This document shows positions 17,055 through 64,000 of a stretch of DNA of 64,000 nucleotides, in pieces (within the stretch, counting starts at the first letter, position 1; each line of letters begins with the position of its first letter). The notes beneath the pieces are model-generated. The model was not told the origin of the DNA and made no database searches. It saw nothing but the letters and a program-made list of their open reading frames with translations. The position numbers and the translations under genes are program-made. Origin of the DNA: the human T2T-CHM13v2.0 reference genome, Homo sapiens; assembly GCF_009914755.1 (NCBI RefSeq), contig NC_060925.1; one strand, written 5' to 3'.

Positions 17055-19780
17055 AAGTTTTCTCCAAGCCCTTTAATATTCACTTAAACAGTTGAGGCAC
17101 AAGCAATAATAAAACTGCATTTTTTACGTTACAAAAAGATTTTGTATGTTATCTGCATGATATACCAATTTTCTCAATCTCTTCTGCAATAACATCTCAT
17201 TAACACTCTGGTCCACATGTTGATTTAATAAAGTCAGAATGGCAGGTGGGAGGATGGTAAAATAAACTTACCAAGGGGCAAAAGGAACCAAACATTTACT
17301 GAGTGCCGACTATGCAAGCTCTACTAGGTTTTACACACTTTACATAAACGTGAACCTAAGTTCTAGTTATCAGTTAACAGGCCAGCATTGCTACAGCCAG
17401 TAAGTCTATGTTTTCAATGTTCTTTCGCTTTTAAGTACAAATTGTGGAACAAAACTATATCTTTGCCCAAAGAAGCACATCAACTGTTGCACTAATACAT
17501 TATTTTCCATTTCCAAAGTTTTTTAGTAAGTGTGCAACATTAGCACATGGAAACGCTCAAGCTGTGTATTAGTTCACTGAAATCTGGGGTTTTTTCGTTC
17601 TCACCTGCTGAGCACCATTTGGCCAGCATCACTACAACAAGCTGATTACATCACCTTGTAAAACTTAAGATGGGGATGAATAGTGTTTGGCAATTACATT
17701 TCTGGGAGAAAAAACTGCTGATTTTTTCTTTAACTCGACACAGCTAGCTTTAAAAAGTGGTACCTCATTTTAAAGCACCAAAGTTGTCATTTAAATAAGA
17801 AAACGTACTTGGGTTAATGAACTGTAAAATGAAGATACCAACGCCTTTTCAAGCATTACAGCAAAGCCAGTATGTTCAGAGCCAAGTGACACCCAGCTCA
17901 TACTGCACTCCAGTTCCCAAGGAAACGGCGTTTCTACCCTCCCCAAACTTAAGCTGCCCCTCACTCCTCCAGCCAGCCCTCCTTTTTCTGAGCCCATTCT
18001 TTCCTTGCTGAGCTATCTGCCCCTTGCTCCCTTTCCCACCCCTGTTCTCCCTCTAACTGCCCCTCTATACATGTCTGGGCTGCTGCCTAAGACTTCTTAG
18101 CTGCCTGGTTAGTCACTGACCAATCACCACTACACTGCTTTGGATTTGGGATCCCACTAGTAAAACTAACTGGCATGTCTGTACTGGTCATCCCCCCAAA
18201 AAAGCCCTCCTGTGTAACAAAAAAGCACTGTTTAAGGGTTCAGGATCACAAACCCTCAAGATACCCGAGAAAAGTCCTCAAATGTGAGTCGCCTAGTCTA
18301 ACAGTAGAGGTAAGTTCAAAGATGAAATGTGATTTGTTCAAGGCTGTGCGGCTAATCAGAGGCAGAAACTAGACCTATTTCTCCTTCCACTGCACCACAA
18401 AAAAACCGAGATTGATAATGATTAAGAAGAGTTTGTAAGTCAATCAAAATAAAATGCCTAGTACATAGGAAAAGTCTTTGGGATTTCTCCAGACTTTTAG
18501 ACAGAACAAAGGCAATCTTTACAATGAGAAATGCTCCTCAGTTCAACAGATGCCACCAAGTACCAAGGATCCTTACTCAGTTCTGAAACTGTGACTACGG
18601 AGAATATGTCACTATTTGAGAATAAGAGGTCCCACCTGCTCCACTCTTTTCAAGTTTTCAGTCACAAGGTTGCAACTTACTCTCATCGTTTCACAAGATA
18701 ATCAAGTTGAAGCAGGATTAAGGAGGTACACTGAAGATAAAGCAAAAGGCAACAAGCATTTTTACAAGCAGATCATCCCAGTTACCTTAAAAGTTTCGGA
18801 TTAATTTACAGAGTAGTGACAGAACCATATAATTTCAGTGAAAATCAAGATAGTTATACCATTAAAAAAAACATCAATTCAGAAATACTAAGTCAGGCAA
18901 GCATGCAAAATTCAGAATATAAAAAAATGCAGGGCCTGGTTGCCCACATACATTCCTCAGGTTAAGGTGGATTTAAAGATGCCCAACAGAACCCAATGAA
19001 TCAGAAGCTAAAAGGGACACTTCAGTGATCAGCAGACGCATTCTCTCACGTAACAAATGGAGGGAAAGTGAGCACACATTAACTAGCGAAGCTCACAAGG
19101 CTAGATTAGGGGTGTACAGAAATCTAATTCCTGGTGCTATTTGCAACTACATATATTTAAAATACAAGGAGATAAATACCCAGAACACATTAAGCCTACT
19201 GATTTAAACAGAACATTTCAAGACTGCTACACAGAAAGGGAAGGAAGCTGTTAACCCAGCACAGCAGCACACCTCACATATTTACGTCTCAGAGATTAAA
19301 TGGAAAGAAAGGATCAATCAAAACCTTTAATGCTCAGTTTTCACAAACACAGTCAAGTCTATCAAATTTCCAGATTTACAGCAAAATGTGCCCTCTAAAA
19401 AAGTGTACATTCTTCAGTTTCTCCTATACTTTTTTTTTTTTGCCTATCTTTCAAAACTGAGCACTGGGTATTTTTAACATAAGCCATGTCATATGTACAG
19501 TTTAACTATGTAACTATGTTTCAGGAATAAACAAAATCCATGATATTTTAGTAACTCATAGTGTATTTATAGAATGAAAAGTTCTCTATCAAAATACACT
19601 TTTCACTGGGAAAAATAAATAAAATAGACAAATGGATCTACACAAAGTAAACATTAACTTTGGTAGATTTCAGTGTAGTTCATAACAAGCATATTTGCCC
19701 TTATTCCCCCAGAGCTGCTCAACTACCAAGAATTTTTAAAATATTTTTAACTGAGATTTTATTATGTTGACATTTGTTTC
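17055..19780 (-). other. TOMM20: TOMM20 long 3'UTR (approximate distal end)
   Basis: Alu-free AT-rich stretch downstream of the stop; ATTAAA on minus strand at 17072-17077 is the likely distal poly(A) signal. Confidence 0.75.
17072..17077 (-). terminator. Distal poly(A) signal ATTAAA of TOMM20
   Basis: tttaat on plus strand at the end of the Alu-free UTR block. Confidence 0.65.
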
Positions 19781-36810
<17,030 letters not shown>

Positions 36811-37496
36811 CCTTGTTTGTGGCAGACAGAGATGCAGGGTCCCAGACTGCGAATGCTTCATCTTGTCTAACACAGGCAGCCTGTGACTTGTTTGAATTAA
36901 ACTGTACTTTCTTTTCAGGTTGCCACAATCCATTGTGCGTAGTGGTTCCATTTCAAAAGAATGTTACAGGATAGCCTCATTTTATGATAACTGGAATAAA
37001 ATTAAATGGAGTAATTTCTTGAAAAATATACACAATTGAAGAAAAAATAGAAAACGTGAATTGTTTTATAGCCACACGAAAACATACACATGATCAGGCC
37101 AGGCGCGGTGGCTCACGCCTGTAATCTCAACACTTTGGGAGGCCGAGGCAGGCGGATCACTTAAGGCCAGGAGTTTGAGACCAGCCTGGCCAACATAGTG
37201 AAACCCTGTCTCTACTAAAAATACAAAAATTAGCTGGCCATGGTGGCCGGGGCCTGTAATCCCAGCTACTCTGGAGGCTGAGGCGGGAGAATCGCTTGAA
37301 CCAGGAGGCAGAGGTTGCAGTGAGCCAAGATCGAGCCACTGCACTCCAGCCTGAGTGACAGATCAGGAGTCCGTCTCAAAAAAACAAAATATATATATAT
37401 ATGATCTAACTTAAGATATTGACAAGGAAAATCGTGGGCAGAAAGCAGGCATTAAACAGACACTGTAAGTTGAGGGGTATCGAAGTCAAGCATCAG

Positions 37497-38644
<1,148 letters not shown>

Positions 38645-38818
38645 CGAGGTTGCATAATAAAGAATTTGGCTGGCCTTTGTCCCCAGTTCCTGGGAGTTCT
38701 AGCCCCTTGGAATTGATGAGTGATTCACTCCTGTAATCCTAGCACTTTGGGAGGCCAAGGTGGGAGGATCACTTGAGTCCAGCAGTTTGAGAGCAGCCTG
38801 GGCAACAAAGTGAGATAC

Positions 38819-39336
<518 letters not shown>

Positions 39337-39381
39337 TCAACACATGAATAGCAGACGATGCTATCAGCAGATAATAGCACT

Positions 39382-39387
39382 TTTATT
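39382..39387 (-). terminator. Proximal RBM34 poly(A) signal AATAAA
   Basis: tttatt on plus strand ~40 nt after the stop codon. Confidence 0.6.
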
Positions 39388-39427
39388 AGCAGTACTCAGC
39401 AGGAAAAGAAAAAGCAGTTCCTGGTTG

Positions 39428-62826
<23,399 letters not shown>

Positions 62827-63044
62827 CTTTTTAAGGCAAAAAATAAAATAAGCAGTAAGAGTCATGCCAGTTAGGTCTAGTATTTGACAAAGCACAGCCC
62901 TACCCTCCCGACTAGAAATATTTCCCAATGTCTTCTGAATTTTCCTAGATTTACTACTCACAAATATATCAAAATTTTTAGAGCAGCGCTATCTAGAAAC
63001 TGACTAGTATCTTTAGAAAAAAAATGATTTAACTCAAGATTTAG

Positions 63045-63891
<847 letters not shown>

Positions 63892-64000
63892 TAGAGACAG
63901 GGTTTTGCTATGTTGCCCAGGCTGGTCTTGAACTCCTAAGCTCAAGCCATTCGCCCACCTCAGCCTCCCAAAGTGCTAGGGTTACAGGCGTGAACCACTG

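Overview
Alu-dense human/primate genomic DNA; gene content matches the TOMM20-RBM34 locus at 1q42. Both protein-coding genes lie on the minus strand. TOMM20 is complete: 5 exons, 438-nt CDS, 145 aa, a ~2.7 kb 3'UTR and a CpG-island promoter, with the H/ACA snoRNA SNORA14B in intron 1. RBM34 is represented by its last eight coding exons (two RRMs). Other features: an internally deleted RPL32 processed pseudogene, a solo LTR12 (ERV9) with a 160-bp higher-order CCAAT repeat inside RBM34, MER41/MER61/MLT2 LTR remnants, hAT/Tigger MITEs, L1 fragments and two strong CTCF motifs. The most striking item is a ~1 kb stretch of TOMM20 intron 3 (25234-26230, minus strand). It translates, across several frameshifts, into a collinear, nearly full-length bornavirus nucleoprotein fossil (EBLN), so a negative-strand RNA virus gene sits sense-oriented inside a housekeeping pre-mRNA. 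Most ORFs in the supplied track are Alu artefacts. Family and subfamily assignments come from recalled consensus and protein sequences, not from database searches.
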